A stretch of 64,000 nucleotides of DNA from a virus (IMGVR_UViG_3300043418_000226), one strand, 5' to 3'. Shown: positions 30,137 through 39,334, counted from the first letter of the stretch. Program-made: numbers and translations. The notes: a model not told the origin generated them from the sequence alone.

Positions 30137-30632
30137 AATAACGCACAGACCAGATTGGTGGAGAATAGAATACCAACTTCTAAAAAATAAAATTATGAAC
30201 GATACTCCTAAACGTTTTAAAGACTGTCAACATAAATTAGAAAGACTCCACAGTATAATACCAAAAAACGAAACGTTTAGGGATGTTGCATTTGGTAACT
30301 TTATTGATAACACATATCGTAAAGATTCTGATTACATCAATTTTAAAAATCAACATAATAAACCGAGTGGTACCAGTTCGTTAGCGGGTTCTAATTCAAT
30401 TACAACTTCATTGAATAATTCTGTGACACCAATAGATACCACAATGGGAAGTGATACTGAATCGGTTAAACCAAAACACAAACATGGACACGTTGAGCCA
30501 TATGTTTTTTCAGTTGAGCCGGTTAAAGAACCATCGAAAATTAAAAGTAACGTTAAGGGATTGGTAAAAACAATTCTTAAACCACAAATTGATGCAGTGA
30601 ATACAGTGGTAAAATTAATAACGAACAAGTAG
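30129..30632 (+). CDS. Hypothetical protein
   Basis: 167 aa ORF. Confidence 0.55.
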   Translation: MSRITHRPDWWRIEYQLLKNKIMNDTPKRFKDCQHKLERLHSIIPKNETFRDVAFGNFIDNTYRKDSDYINFKNQHNKPSGTSSLAGSNSITTSLNNSVTPIDTTMGSDTESVKPKHKHGHVEPYVFSVEPVKEPSKIKSNVKGLVKTILKPQIDAVNTVVKLITNK

Positions 30633-30983
30633 GTGAAAAGATTTAAATTCTTGGAGGATAACGTCAATAGTGAATATGAAGAAGAATATTTAGGTTTTGA
30701 CGTTGGGGTTGAGGAACAAAACGTATATGAATACGGTGAATACTCCGCAAGTTGGATGTGGACAAGAGATATGATTATATCACAACCTTATGAAATTCAA
30801 ACTATAAATTGTTTGGGTATCGGTGATTTCTTATCACAATTTCCAAATCACTTTATTGTAGCGATAAATTCAATTTCATCAAATGGAGTTGAGGTAACTC
30901 GTGACATTAATCACGATAACATTTGGCCATGGGATATTCATAACGACCCATTAACAATAGAATACTTAGAATTTATACCTTAA
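30633..30983 (+). CDS. FKF-tag family protein
   Basis: GTG start, MKRFKFL; no Lys after the tag. Confidence 0.7.
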   Translation: MKRFKFLEDNVNSEYEEEYLGFDVGVEEQNVYEYGEYSASWMWTRDMIISQPYEIQTINCLGIGDFLSQFPNHFIVAINSISSNGVEVTRDINHDNIWPWDIHNDPLTIEYLEFIP

Positions 30984-30985
30984 TT

Positions 30986-31264
30986 ATGGTTAACAATTTT
31001 AAATTTTTTAGTAAAGTAGTTTTGATTGGACATGATGGACATAAGATATCTATCGGTCAAACTTTTTATTCGGTCACTAAACAACGTATTGATGGTTTCT
31101 TAATGTCAACACCAAAATATCAGATTAAGGAATTGGTTATGACTGAAGAAATGTTAGAAACATTCATACCCGACCACGCATATTATTGGTACTTTGGAAG
31201 TATAACAAACGCAGAATGGTTAATTAATATTTGGAAAAAACAAGATAGAGAAGATGGGATATAG
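30986..31264 (+). CDS. FKF-tag family protein (less Lys-depleted)
   Basis: MVNNFKFFSK. Confidence 0.6.
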   Translation: MVNNFKFFSKVVLIGHDGHKISIGQTFYSVTKQRIDGFLMSTPKYQIKELVMTEEMLETFIPDHAYYWYFGSITNAEWLINIWKKQDREDGI

Positions 31265-31934
31265 AACTTATGTCGGCACAATGCCAAAGAGAGAATACAA
31301 TAAAATAAAATCAATGACCAAAGACCAATTGATCGAACATTACAAAATAGAACGTGATGACTTTGAAATTGAAGAAGGTTATATAGGAATGGGTGTTTAC
31401 GATTTTGGTAAACCTTTATATGAGTTTGGTAAGTATACCGAATTCGAACCACCAAAAGGTTCACAAAAAACATTCTTCAAAAACAAAGAATTAAACAAGT
31501 ATTATACAAATGACCACGACTTTGCAATCGTTACACCTGAGTTTCTTGAGTACATTATTGACAGTTACAAGAAAAGAGTTGAGGACTATTACAATAAAAT
31601 GATGGTTCCGTTCTTTGGTGAAAAAGAAGATAGATACAGTAGAGATAAACCGACTGACTTTCTTAATTCAGTTAAGGTTGAATACAATTTCCCAAACAAC
31701 AAATATGTGTTTGACTTCTCAAAGATTACCCAAGATGAACAAAACGCTTTGTGGGATATTATTGACCATGTAAGAACTATGAGGTTCGAATGGGTACAGA
31801 CAAAACCTTACGATTTAACTAGAGGTGATGAAGTAACAACCAGTTGGAAGTATGAGTACATCATCTTTGAATTGGTTAGAATCTATAAGACGTTTGATTG
31901 GAAGAAAAACGTTATGGTTTATTATGGATATTAA
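31254..31934 (+). CDS. Conserved phage hypothetical protein
   Basis: MGYR N-terminus; SWKYEY..FEL..IYK.FDW. Confidence 0.65.
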   Translation: MGYRTYVGTMPKREYNKIKSMTKDQLIEHYKIERDDFEIEEGYIGMGVYDFGKPLYEFGKYTEFEPPKGSQKTFFKNKELNKYYTNDHDFAIVTPEFLEYIIDSYKKRVEDYYNKMMVPFFGEKEDRYSRDKPTDFLNSVKVEYNFPNNKYVFDFSKITQDEQNALWDIIDHVRTMRFEWVQTKPYDLTRGDEVTTSWKYEYIIFELVRIYKTFDWKKNVMVYYGY

Positions 31935-32341
31935 TGAAAACATTTAAATTTTTTTCTAACAATGAACCAATACTTGAATACGATGCCTTTGGGGGTCCTT
32001 TTCAAATACAACCAAGGACTTGGATAGGGTCGAGTGCAGGTGTCCCAAAATGGATTAACGGACCAACCGGAATGATATATTATATGGAGTTCGTTGGTGT
32101 TGTTGTTGATCCCGTAAATGATAATCAAATGCCTGAGATAAGTTCCCAACTTCAAAGTAAAATGATAACTGTTGCCACATACGGTCCACACAATTACCAA
32201 GAATTTTTAGATGCACATCGGAATCATCACATTTGGATTTATAGTGTTAACACTGAAACATCAGTATATAACGAACATAATATCAATGACTTACCAATCG
32301 GTGAACCTGTTATGATTCGAGCACATATCGAAACAGAATAA
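31934..32341 (+). CDS. FKF-tag family protein with gp23-like GPTG segment
   Basis: Start ATG 31934, MKTFKFFS; NGPTGMIYYMEF. Confidence 0.7.
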   Translation: MKTFKFFSNNEPILEYDAFGGPFQIQPRTWIGSSAGVPKWINGPTGMIYYMEFVGVVVDPVNDNQMPEISSQLQSKMITVATYGPHNYQEFLDAHRNHHIWIYSVNTETSVYNEHNINDLPIGEPVMIRAHIETE

Positions 32342-32398
32342 AAACTGTTAAATTATTAGGCAGGTGTGAATTTTATTAATACATTTGACAAATAATTT

Positions 32399-32698
32399 AT
32401 GAACATGAGTTTTAAGTTTCTTAATAATAAAAAAACACATCGAATGTTAGTGCCATTTAGTTCAACTCAAATGATGATTGAAATTGATACTGACATGGGT
32501 TATGAACAGTTTGTAAATTACATGAATGAAAATGTGATTTGTGAAAGATGGTCAAGTGACCCTGCGTTTGGTATATTCACATTAAGAAGAGTAATTCGTT
32601 TAAGGTTGATGTTTCATTTTGGTAATGTTAGAACCTACGGATTAATGATTGATGGTGTCTTAACGAGAATGTTCCGTGACGACGAAAGAGTTGAATAA
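32399..32698 (+). CDS. FKF-tag family protein
   Basis: MNMSFKFLNNKK; no Lys afterwards. Confidence 0.65.
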   Translation: MNMSFKFLNNKKTHRMLVPFSSTQMMIEIDTDMGYEQFVNYMNENVICERWSSDPAFGIFTLRRVIRLRLMFHFGNVRTYGLMIDGVLTRMFRDDERVE

Positions 32699-32822
32699 TT
32701 TTAAAATAGTAAAGATATGGTAACGAGTTTTGGAGACATATTCCTAATTGGAATGTTATCCGGGTTTTGTGTAGGGGTAACCCTTGTTGTGATTTTGTGG
32801 TCTAATTCTAAAAGTAAATAAG

Positions 32823-33155
32823 ATGGGATTATTAGGTGCCAGAGGTTGTATGTACTGTGAGGGTGACGTGTGTACTAAAGAATGTATTGAAGATATACAT
32901 TCTCCACTTCATGAGTTTACTCAAAAAAAATTAATGGGTGTACATAATCCAGTTGTTCGTGAACATATTTCCAATGGTATTCGTTATGGTTCCGAATGGG
33001 AAAGAAGTAGATTGTTCACCAAGGAAGATATGTTAAAGGCAGTTAAGTTTGGTGAACTATATCAAACAGAAGGCTCAAAGTCTTTATTTGAAAAAAGAGG
33101 AACAACTCCTTCAGAAGTATTAAACAAATGGTTGGATAGTTTTAAAAAGAAATAA
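32823..33155 (+). CDS. Hypothetical protein
   Basis: 110 aa; CMYC..C..C. Confidence 0.55.
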   Translation: MGLLGARGCMYCEGDVCTKECIEDIHSPLHEFTQKKLMGVHNPVVREHISNGIRYGSEWERSRLFTKEDMLKAVKFGELYQTEGSKSLFEKRGTTPSEVLNKWLDSFKKK

Positions 33156-33490
33156 TGAACATCAGACAATACAAGAAGAAGTTTGCAATCTGTAAAGATG
33201 ACAACGGTAAAACCATATACAAGGGTGATATTGTAAAGATATGGATGGCCATGGAAACCAATACAGGTCACGTATCAAGAGTCTACCACAATATGTTAGA
33301 TGGTGCATTTGTATTGGGTTCACCGGCACATGCATTTATGAATGATGGTAAACAAACACATCGACCTTTACGTGATTATTTAAATCAGAAACCAATACCC
33401 GTTCACGAATGGGGTGTTGACGAACCGACGTATCGAAAAGGATATTGTATTAAAGTTAGGTCGTTTAATAAACCAATTAAAGGAAAGTAA
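33155..33490 (+). CDS. Hypothetical protein with YopX-like motif
   Basis: KDDNGKTIYKGDIV. Confidence 0.5.
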   Translation: MNIRQYKKKFAICKDDNGKTIYKGDIVKIWMAMETNTGHVSRVYHNMLDGAFVLGSPAHAFMNDGKQTHRPLRDYLNQKPIPVHEWGVDEPTYRKGYCIKVRSFNKPIKGK

Positions 33491-33493
33491 GTT

Positions 33494-33715
33494 ATGATAT
33501 CAAGAGAAGAACATTTAAAACAAGTTAATCGTTTTCACGATATGTTGGAGAAGGTTGATAATGGAATTCAAGAAAAGATTAAATCTGGTGAGAACGATGG
33601 GTATGAATTATATCACAAGTACTTTATTTTGTCCGCAAAGATTTGGCCACTTGTGGATGATAATATTGAAAGAATTAAAAATAGATTAGACGATTTTGAA
33701 GAATTTAATGAGTAA
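33494..33715 (+). CDS. Hypothetical protein
   Basis: 73 aa ORF. Confidence 0.55.
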   Translation: MISREEHLKQVNRFHDMLEKVDNGIQEKIKSGENDGYELYHKYFILSAKIWPLVDDNIERIKNRLDDFEEFNE

Positions 33716-34097
33716 ACAAACCTACTTTAGAGTATGTCATAAAGATACGTTACAAGGTCTTTGGTACGCATTTAATGGTGAGTTCACCGGACTTATCCAC
33801 GACGAGTTTAGTTTCTGTACTAACACCGAATTGAAAATGGATTTCGACCCCGAGATTGTGGGTTGGGTGTCTGCAGTTGAAACGTTGGATTTACTATGGA
33901 ATTGGTTTAGTAAAGAAGATGTTATTAAATTACAAGAACATGGGTGGTTCGTTCATGAATATGAGTCTGAGGATATTAAATTCTACGAAAGATTCCAACA
34001 TACTGTAATCAAACAGGAAACGTCAAAACCAATATTCATTTATAGTATTGGTCCGAACAATATTCTATATAAAACTAAAACAAGTAAAGATGAATAA
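33708..34097 (+). CDS. Conserved phage hypothetical protein
   Basis: QGLWY motif; start ATG 33708. Confidence 0.6.
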   Translation: MSKQTYFRVCHKDTLQGLWYAFNGEFTGLIHDEFSFCTNTELKMDFDPEIVGWVSAVETLDLLWNWFSKEDVIKLQEHGWFVHEYESEDIKFYERFQHTVIKQETSKPIFIYSIGPNNILYKTKTSKDE

Positions 34098-34413
34098 ACT
34101 AACTTTAGAATATTATGACTGGTTTGATATCCAAAAAGAAATCTGTAAAGAAATGGGTATTGAAGAACAATATTTCAGAGACTACCATAAATTAATTGGT
34201 GGCGAATATAAAGACCTATGGCATATTTGGTTGGAGTATTTTGAATCCATTCCGAATAATGATACAATTGTGTTTAACGATTTGGGTGAGGAAATGTCTA
34301 GTAAAATAGAGTGGATGACGATAAAAGGTGACGATTGGGCAATTCCATTTGTGGAAGCACTTTATAGGGTTTGGGATAAATTTGATATTGGATATATAAA
34401 CTATAGTTGGTAA
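34090..34413 (+). CDS. Hypothetical protein
   Basis: Start ATG 34090; Trp-rich. Confidence 0.6.
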   Translation: MNKLTLEYYDWFDIQKEICKEMGIEEQYFRDYHKLIGGEYKDLWHIWLEYFESIPNNDTIVFNDLGEEMSSKIEWMTIKGDDWAIPFVEALYRVWDKFDIGYINYSW

Positions 34414-34829
34414 TGGAACAAATACACAGACAAATATTTTCTTATCTACCTTACAGAGTGAAGTGTGAGATATTAAATTACAAATCAGATTACGTCGGGT
34501 TAAGATACTCAACACTGAATGGGTTCTATGATATTATCGGTGAAACTCATTTCACTTATGATGGTGGATCTACCGGTAAATCTATCAGGGACATGAAAAT
34601 AATCCTAAGACCTTTTTCCGATATAACAAAGGAGATTGAAGTTAACGGTGAGAAGTTTGTTCCGTCAGAAAAAATTGGAATTCATTTATTTGATTATGAT
34701 TTTATGTACATTTACAGAAAAGAAACGAATGGAATTCCTTTTTGGGTTGTTCAGAAACTACTCGAATGGAACATTGACGTGTACGGACTAATAGAATCAG
34801 ATAACGCAATTAACATCAACACATTATGA
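34413..34829 (+). CDS. Conserved Bacteroidota-phage hypothetical protein
   Basis: YLPYRVK, ILRPFSDITKEI and LLEWNIDVYGLI..AI motifs. Confidence 0.65.
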   Translation: MEQIHRQIFSYLPYRVKCEILNYKSDYVGLRYSTLNGFYDIIGETHFTYDGGSTGKSIRDMKIILRPFSDITKEIEVNGEKFVPSEKIGIHLFDYDFMYIYRKETNGIPFWVVQKLLEWNIDVYGLIESDNAININTL

Positions 34830-35089
34830 AACAGTATTTAAAATATTTTCACCCTTTAGGGTTATTGATTGTAGTATTAGTTATGTCGGTAACTTGGGCG
34901 TTCTATGATTTATATAAAAGTAATTTAAAATTTAAATATATTGTCATCGCCAATCGAACAATGTATAAGACTATTAAGATTGATAGTATATCAAATGGTA
35001 ATGCTTATTTTAAAGATAGACACGGTGACAATACAATGGTTAGTGGTTCATATGTAATTAAAGAAATAAATAAAGATGGTTATGAGTAA
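34826..35089 (+). CDS. Membrane-anchored hypothetical protein
   Basis: N-terminal TM helix. Confidence 0.55.
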   Translation: MKQYLKYFHPLGLLIVVLVMSVTWAFYDLYKSNLKFKYIVIANRTMYKTIKIDSISNGNAYFKDRHGDNTMVSGSYVIKEINKDGYE

Positions 35090-35321
35090 AGAAAATGTTA
35101 TTTTAGTTAAAGTCGATAAGTCATGTGACATGGCGGAAGTGTGGTTAAATGACGAATGTATTATGGAGGGTAATTTTTGGGACTTCCATCCAGGTTGTCA
35201 CGGTATAAATGAGTATGGTGACTTTAAAGGTTATAGTGACTTAGCAAGAGCAATCGCATTAAGTTTACATAAAGAAGGTGAGAGTTCCAAGATTGTTAAT
35301 GAAGAATATAGTTACGAATAA
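35076..35321 (+). CDS. Hypothetical protein
   Basis: 81 aa; GNFWDFHPG. Confidence 0.55.
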   Translation: MVMSKENVILVKVDKSCDMAEVWLNDECIMEGNFWDFHPGCHGINEYGDFKGYSDLARAIALSLHKEGESSKIVNEEYSYE

Positions 35322-35352
35322 ACCTAATTGTTATAATTTTTTTCACCATTAG

Positions 35353-35383
35353 TTTGGTATATTAAAAATTAGTTGTATATTTG
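35353..35383 (+). promoter_or_regulatory. Promoter of the non-coding RNA cluster
   Basis: TTTG 35353 and TATATTTG 35376-35383, followed by ~1.9 kb without a credible ORF. Confidence 0.75.
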
Positions 35384-35548
35384 TACAAGAATTAAAAAAC
35401 TACTTGAGTAGGTGGGAATGGTCAATCAACAACCCATTGAAGTTTCAGGTAATATATATTAAACGGGACAGGCGAGCCTAGAATATAGTAATCCGCAAGT
35501 TAATGGTTTTTTAGGGGATTGAACCGGTTTTTTACATTAGCGAAATTT

Positions 35549-35724
35549 GGTCAGGTGGCGGAAAGGTAGACGATTCCCATCAACACACATAGGGAGATTT
35601 AGATTGTTGTGTGTGCAGATTGTAGCACGTATTATAGCGTAAGTGACTGAAACTAAGGTCGTAGTATAATCGTAGTGTATAGGTAAAGCAATCACTCACA
35701 CAGGTTCGAATCCTGTCCTGACCA
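35549..35724 (+). ncRNA. tRNA-like RNA 1 (176 nt, no canonical anticodon arm)
   Basis: GGTCAGG/CCTGACC acceptor stem + A; Leu-like TGGCGGAAAGGTAGACG; ACAGG-TTCGAAT-CCTGT T arm; ~125 nt insert. Confidence 0.75.
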
Positions 35725-35763
35725 CCGAAGGTTGGTAACTCCTATAGGAATAAAAGTTACGTT

Positions 35764-35885
35764 AGTCAGGTGGCGGAATTGGTGTACGCAATGGTATGTT
35801 AAATGAGGGATTTCTCCTAAACCGAACCCTAATTAGGGCTAACCGTTGGAGTTTAAAACTACAGGTTCGAATCCTGTCTTGACTG
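35764..35885 (+). ncRNA. tRNA-like RNA 2 (122 nt)
   Basis: AGTCAGG/CTTGACT + G; TGGCGGAATTGGTGTACGC; same T arm; different insert. Confidence 0.75.
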
Positions 35886-36000
35886 CAAAAGGTTAAACAT
35901 TGAATACCTTTGTAATAACTAAAGAACGGTAATCGTGAAACCAAGTAAGGGTAGAGGTGTTCATATAAGTTTTACATAAAGATACTATCAGTAATGGTGG

Positions 36001-36094
36001 TTGTGTTGTTCCCTTGAGAAAGGAATAAGTAGTAGTGACAAGAATGATTGAAATAACATCATATAGTAACCAACACAAATGAGTTCTCAGCAAG
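36001..36094 (+). ncRNA. Candidate pseudoknotted structured RNA
   Basis: TTGTGTTG/CAACACAA outer stem; TTCC/GGAA hairpin whose loop TTGAGAA can pair with downstream TTCTCAG. Confidence 0.4.
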
Positions 36095-36331
36095 TGGTTA
36101 AAAACAGACAGGTAGATGACTCAGATACTGATTCTGATAATGTTCCGATAGTCGTCCATTTAACTACGTGACCCTACTCTTATATGGGCGTAAATATAAA
36201 GAAACAGTCATATAAGAAAGAGGGTCTAAAACAATTTACTAATGCTCGCTGTTAGGTTGAACGTGGAATAAAAAGGGTTTATATTAAGTTCAACAAACCA
36301 GAAACCCCGAAAGACCAAGGTTAGTAAAGGA

Positions 36332-36441
36332 AGTCAGGTGGCGGAATTGGCTATCGCACCTCACCTACTATGGGGAGTATTGTTTCGACACAATTAATCA
36401 GCTGAGCGGCAAGCATACAGGTTCGAGTCCTGTCCTGACTA
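36332..36441 (+). ncRNA. tRNA-like RNA 3 (110 nt)
   Basis: AGTCAGG/CCTGACT + A; TGGCGGAATTGGCTATCGC; ACAGG-TTCGAGT-CCTGT. Confidence 0.75.
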
Positions 36442-36505
36442 CAAGGGTTATGAGCAACGTGCCCCATTAATTGCACAATGTTGACTGATGGAAAGACATC
36501 AAAAC

Positions 36506-36562
36506 AGTCAGGTGGAAAGGCGGTTTCCTTTAGGTAAGCAGGTTCGAGTCCTGTCCTGACTA
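36506..36562 (+). ncRNA. tRNA-like RNA 4 (57 nt minimal form: acceptor stem, T arm and one hairpin)
   Basis: AGTCAGG/CCTGACT + A; GCAGG-TTCGAGT-CCTGT; internal GGAAA/TTTCC hairpin. Confidence 0.65.
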
Positions 36563-36733
36563 CAAGACGGCCTGATTCCGGTGCACAGGATAGGGAACGA
36601 AGCTCTTGAATGACGGGTCTGTTATCTTAACATTATTTGACTTCGGTTTCAATAATGGATAACAGATTGGCGCGGAGGTCAACTAAATCGTTAGTTAGGA
36701 TGGTGTTACAGCGTCGAGTAGACTGTAACAAAT

Positions 36734-36812
36734 GGTCAGGTGGGTGTAATGAGGGACGGTGCCCGAATCCAGTCAAATGGTTACTTATCCGGTTCGAGTC
36801 CGGCCCTGACTA
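36734..36812 (+). ncRNA. tRNA-like RNA 5 (79 nt, degenerate anticodon arm)
   Basis: GGTCAGG/CCTGACT + A; CCGG-TTCGAGT-CCGG. Confidence 0.65.
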
Positions 36813-36876
36813 CAAGGGTTATGAACAACGTGTCCCCTTAATTACACAATGTTGACTGATGGAAAGACATCAAAAC

Positions 36877-37045
36877 GGTTAGGTGGCGGAATGGTAGACG
36901 CACAAAGAGTAATGTCTTTGTTTGATTCAGCTCATTACTGAATCCCTCATATCGAGGTACGTGAGAGCAATGTAATAGTGTACATAAAATCATTGAGGCA
37001 ACAGAAGTAGATGTGTTGATACAGGTTCGAATCCTGTCCTGACTA
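36877..37045 (+). ncRNA. tRNA-like RNA 6 (169 nt)
   Basis: GGTTAGG/CCTGACT + A; TGGCGGAATGGTAGACGC; ACAGG-TTCGAAT-CCTGT. Confidence 0.75.
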
Positions 37046-37172
37046 CGATTGCCAACACGTATGGTCAATGTGTTAAAATTGTCGTGTAACAAGACCCGTA
37101 AAAAAATGAGGCAACGACTGGAAGGAAAGTCCACAACTAAACCTGCTTACACTTTGGAATGTAAAGTGAATC

Positions 37173-37263
37173 GGTTAGCTTGGATAGAAGGTCGGTTCGA
37201 TTCCGATGGAAGGTATTGGTACGGGTCGCCCCCTGGAGAGAGGTTCGAATCCTCTCCTAACCA
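37173..37263 (+). ncRNA. tRNA-like RNA 7 with two T-loop hairpins
   Basis: GGTTAG/CTAACC + A; TCGG-TTCGATT-CCGA and AGAGG-TTCGAAT-CCTCT. Confidence 0.5.
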
Positions 37264-37301
37264 CAAATTAAAATGTCATAATGAAAATTTATGACATTTT
37301 T

Positions 37302-37333
37302 TTTGTTTTAAAGAAAATTATTTTCTACATTTG
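37302..37333 (+). promoter_or_regulatory. Bacteroidota-type promoter
   Basis: TTTG 37302 and TACATTTG 37326-37333. Confidence 0.7.
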
Positions 37334-37355
37334 TACGATATAAATTAACTTACTC

Positions 37356-37583
37356 ATGGATAAAACATTTAAAGAACAAATTAAAGAAGAGGTTGACTCA
37401 ATATGTGAGGAACATAATTTGAAACAACCAATAATAGTTCCTGCGGCCGCTAAGATTATTATGGAATATCGTGGTTTGGATAGAGCAATCGAATTATTCG
37501 AAGGTGCCCTTAATCAAGAATCCGATTTATTTAAACGTTCAGCGTACAGAGCAACATTAGATGTAACCTTAAAAAGGGAATAA
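37356..37583 (+). CDS. Hypothetical protein
   Basis: 75 aa ORF after promoter. Confidence 0.6.
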   Translation: MDKTFKEQIKEEVDSICEEHNLKQPIIVPAAAKIIMEYRGLDRAIELFEGALNQESDLFKRSAYRATLDVTLKRE

Positions 37584-37584
37584 G

Positions 37585-37812
37585 ATGAAAATAGTTAAAA
37601 TTACCAACCAACATAGAAGAGATTTTACTGCGGACATGGAATGTGAATTCTGTGGAGATAAAACCAAACTTGATTCGGGATATGATGATGATTTTTATCA
37701 CAGAAATGTTATTCCTGGTATGGTTTGTAAAAAATGTAATCAATCTACATTGACCGGTGGTGGAACCATTGGTGATGTAACAACAAAATATCCTGAAGGA
37801 TTTCAAGTTTAA
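37585..37812 (+). CDS. Small zinc-ribbon protein
   Basis: RRDF..MECEFCG...YDDDFYH..VIP.MVCKKC. Confidence 0.65.
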   Translation: MKIVKITNQHRRDFTADMECEFCGDKTKLDSGYDDDFYHRNVIPGMVCKKCNQSTLTGGGTIGDVTTKYPEGFQV

Positions 37813-37817
37813 ATAAA

Positions 37818-38105
37818 ATGGAAAGAAACGAATTCTTAGAGATGGATGGTCTTTATTGGACCAGTGAAACACACGAATGGTTTCACGATAAGTCATCGAC
37901 CCAATACGCACAAAGTGATAATGGTCTCAATAAAGATGCACTTAAAAATATCTATTGTTTCATCACACGAAATATGGAAACCGGAGAGTACGATAGAGTA
38001 ATGATGGATTCGAACACCAACGAGATTATTTACGATACAAAAGTACTTGAACAACTTGTATTTGAAATTGATAAAATGAAAATTGCAAAACGATTTAACA
38101 TATAA
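37818..38105 (+). CDS. Hypothetical protein
   Basis: 95 aa ORF. Confidence 0.6.
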   Translation: MERNEFLEMDGLYWTSETHEWFHDKSSTQYAQSDNGLNKDALKNIYCFITRNMETGEYDRVMMDSNTNEIIYDTKVLEQLVFEIDKMKIAKRFNI

Positions 38106-38335
38106 TGGAAAAGTTTAAGTTTAAGTTCTTCCAAAAGGAAAATGAAAACATCATATGGACAAATGCCGTCGGTGTTGATATTCCCGTTACAAGATTGAGG
38201 AACGGACACATCTATAATATTATTGGATGTTTACGAGGACAAGGAAATAGGACCATACCTGAAATGTATAATGGAAAATCCCACGAACAATGGTTACAAA
38301 TAATGAATAACGAATTGAATAGGAGACATGCGTGA
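38105..38335 (+). CDS. FKF-tag family protein (paralog of 46089)
   Basis: MEKFKFKFFQKE; W..A.G..IP.....GH.YNI. Confidence 0.7.
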   Translation: MEKFKFKFFQKENENIIWTNAVGVDIPVTRLRNGHIYNIIGCLRGQGNRTIPEMYNGKSHEQWLQIMNNELNRRHA

Positions 38336-38642
38336 GTTTAAATTTTTCCAAAGGGACCCATTGAGTAGGTTACAAGGTGATACTATTGCAATTTTATCAC
38401 TTGGTCCCCGACATTTCAACGATTGGATATCACATACCTTTCAAAATGAAGTTGTTGAAAGGATAACCAGTAGTCGTTATTTCATCAATGGAGTTAGATA
38501 TGTTAACGTAAATAGAATGTCTCAAGTTATTGGATATGTATTTACGGATTGGTATATTATTGATGACATATTATTAACAAGGGAACAGTCACAAATTGTG
38601 GAACGTTTAAGATTAACAACTGGAAGACATGAAACAATTTAA
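38328..38642 (+). CDS. FKF-tag family protein
   Basis: MREFKFFQR; its only Lys is in the tag. Confidence 0.7.
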   Translation: MREFKFFQRDPLSRLQGDTIAILSLGPRHFNDWISHTFQNEVVERITSSRYFINGVRYVNVNRMSQVIGYVFTDWYIIDDILLTREQSQIVERLRLTTGRHETI

Positions 38643-39123
38643 GTTTTTAACAATAACGACAAGACCATTACCTGATTTTGGTGTTGATATTTCTGAACTA
38701 GGTTTACTTAGAACAAGTAATATGATTGATTTTTTGGCCGATAACGAAACGATATATGAAAACGGTGAGGATGTTTATACGTTATTTGGTAAATTACTAG
38801 ATAACAGAAGAAATTTAAGATTTGAGTCGATTGTTGGTGCCGACATCAATGGGTATTATAGAATTATATCGTTATCTGGACGTGTCGTCATGCAAATTAT
38901 AATACATTCATCTTTAGATAGGGAACTCTTCACTGAACGATTTAATGAATGGCACGATAGACAATACAATAACATCGATACAGGAATCATAACTTGGAAA
39001 GATAAATTAATGAAAATTATGGCATCGTTAGAACATTATTTTATTCACGCGAAGATTGATGAAATAGAAATTGAGGGCCATTCTGTACCAAATCCTTTTG
39101 AAGTCGCACATGAAACAGTTTAA
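38629..39123 (+). CDS. FKF-tag family protein
   Basis: MKQFKFLT. Confidence 0.7.
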   Translation: MKQFKFLTITTRPLPDFGVDISELGLLRTSNMIDFLADNETIYENGEDVYTLFGKLLDNRRNLRFESIVGADINGYYRIISLSGRVVMQIIIHSSLDRELFTERFNEWHDRQYNNIDTGIITWKDKLMKIMASLEHYFIHAKIDEIEIEGHSVPNPFEVAHETV

Positions 39124-39334
39124 GTTTTTAAGTAAAATCAATCCACTCACAATACCTCCCGAGAATCTCGGTGAAGATTATGAATTTATTGGTGTATCTC
39201 CCGTAATGTATGAACCAATATCATTTGACCAAGTTAAATTTTTATTATATCGAAGTATAACAACAGGTGCGGTGGCGAAAGGTGAGAATATAAGTCCCCA
39301 ACATGAATTATGGAATTATCATGAAGAGGTTTAA
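39110..39334 (+). CDS. FKF-tag family protein
   Basis: Start ATG 39110, MKQFKFLSK. Confidence 0.7.
   Translation: MKQFKFLSKINPLTIPPENLGEDYEFIGVSPVMYEPISFDQVKFLLYRSITTGAVAKGENISPQHELWNYHEEV

Larger units (their letters stand above)
36441..36876 (+). repeat. ~65 nt direct repeat linker (36441-36505 and 36812-36876) between tRNA-like units
   Basis: ACAAGGGTTATGARCAACGTG...CACAATGTTGACTGATGGAAAGACATCAAAAC occurs twice. Confidence 0.85.

Noticed and set aside
36484-36502. CTGATG..GAAA as a hammerhead ribozyme core
   Set aside because: It lacks CTGATGA plus stem II; the segment is better explained as a TGATG/CATCA hairpin.
37116-37135. GAAGGAAAGTCC resembling the RNase P RNA signature
   Set aside because: No matching 3' conserved region or room for the full fold was found.
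35549-37263. Canonical or group I intron-containing tRNA genes
   Set aside because: No 5 bp stem with 7 nt anticodon loop can be drawn confidently, and the inserts (at most ~125 nt) are too short for group I introns; unit 5 has a TCAAA loop but no proper stem.
35762-37294. ORF-track ORFs at 35762, 35893, 36637, 36838 and 37049 (and 44796)
   Set aside because: They overlap the structured RNA units and have atypical composition; likely spurious.
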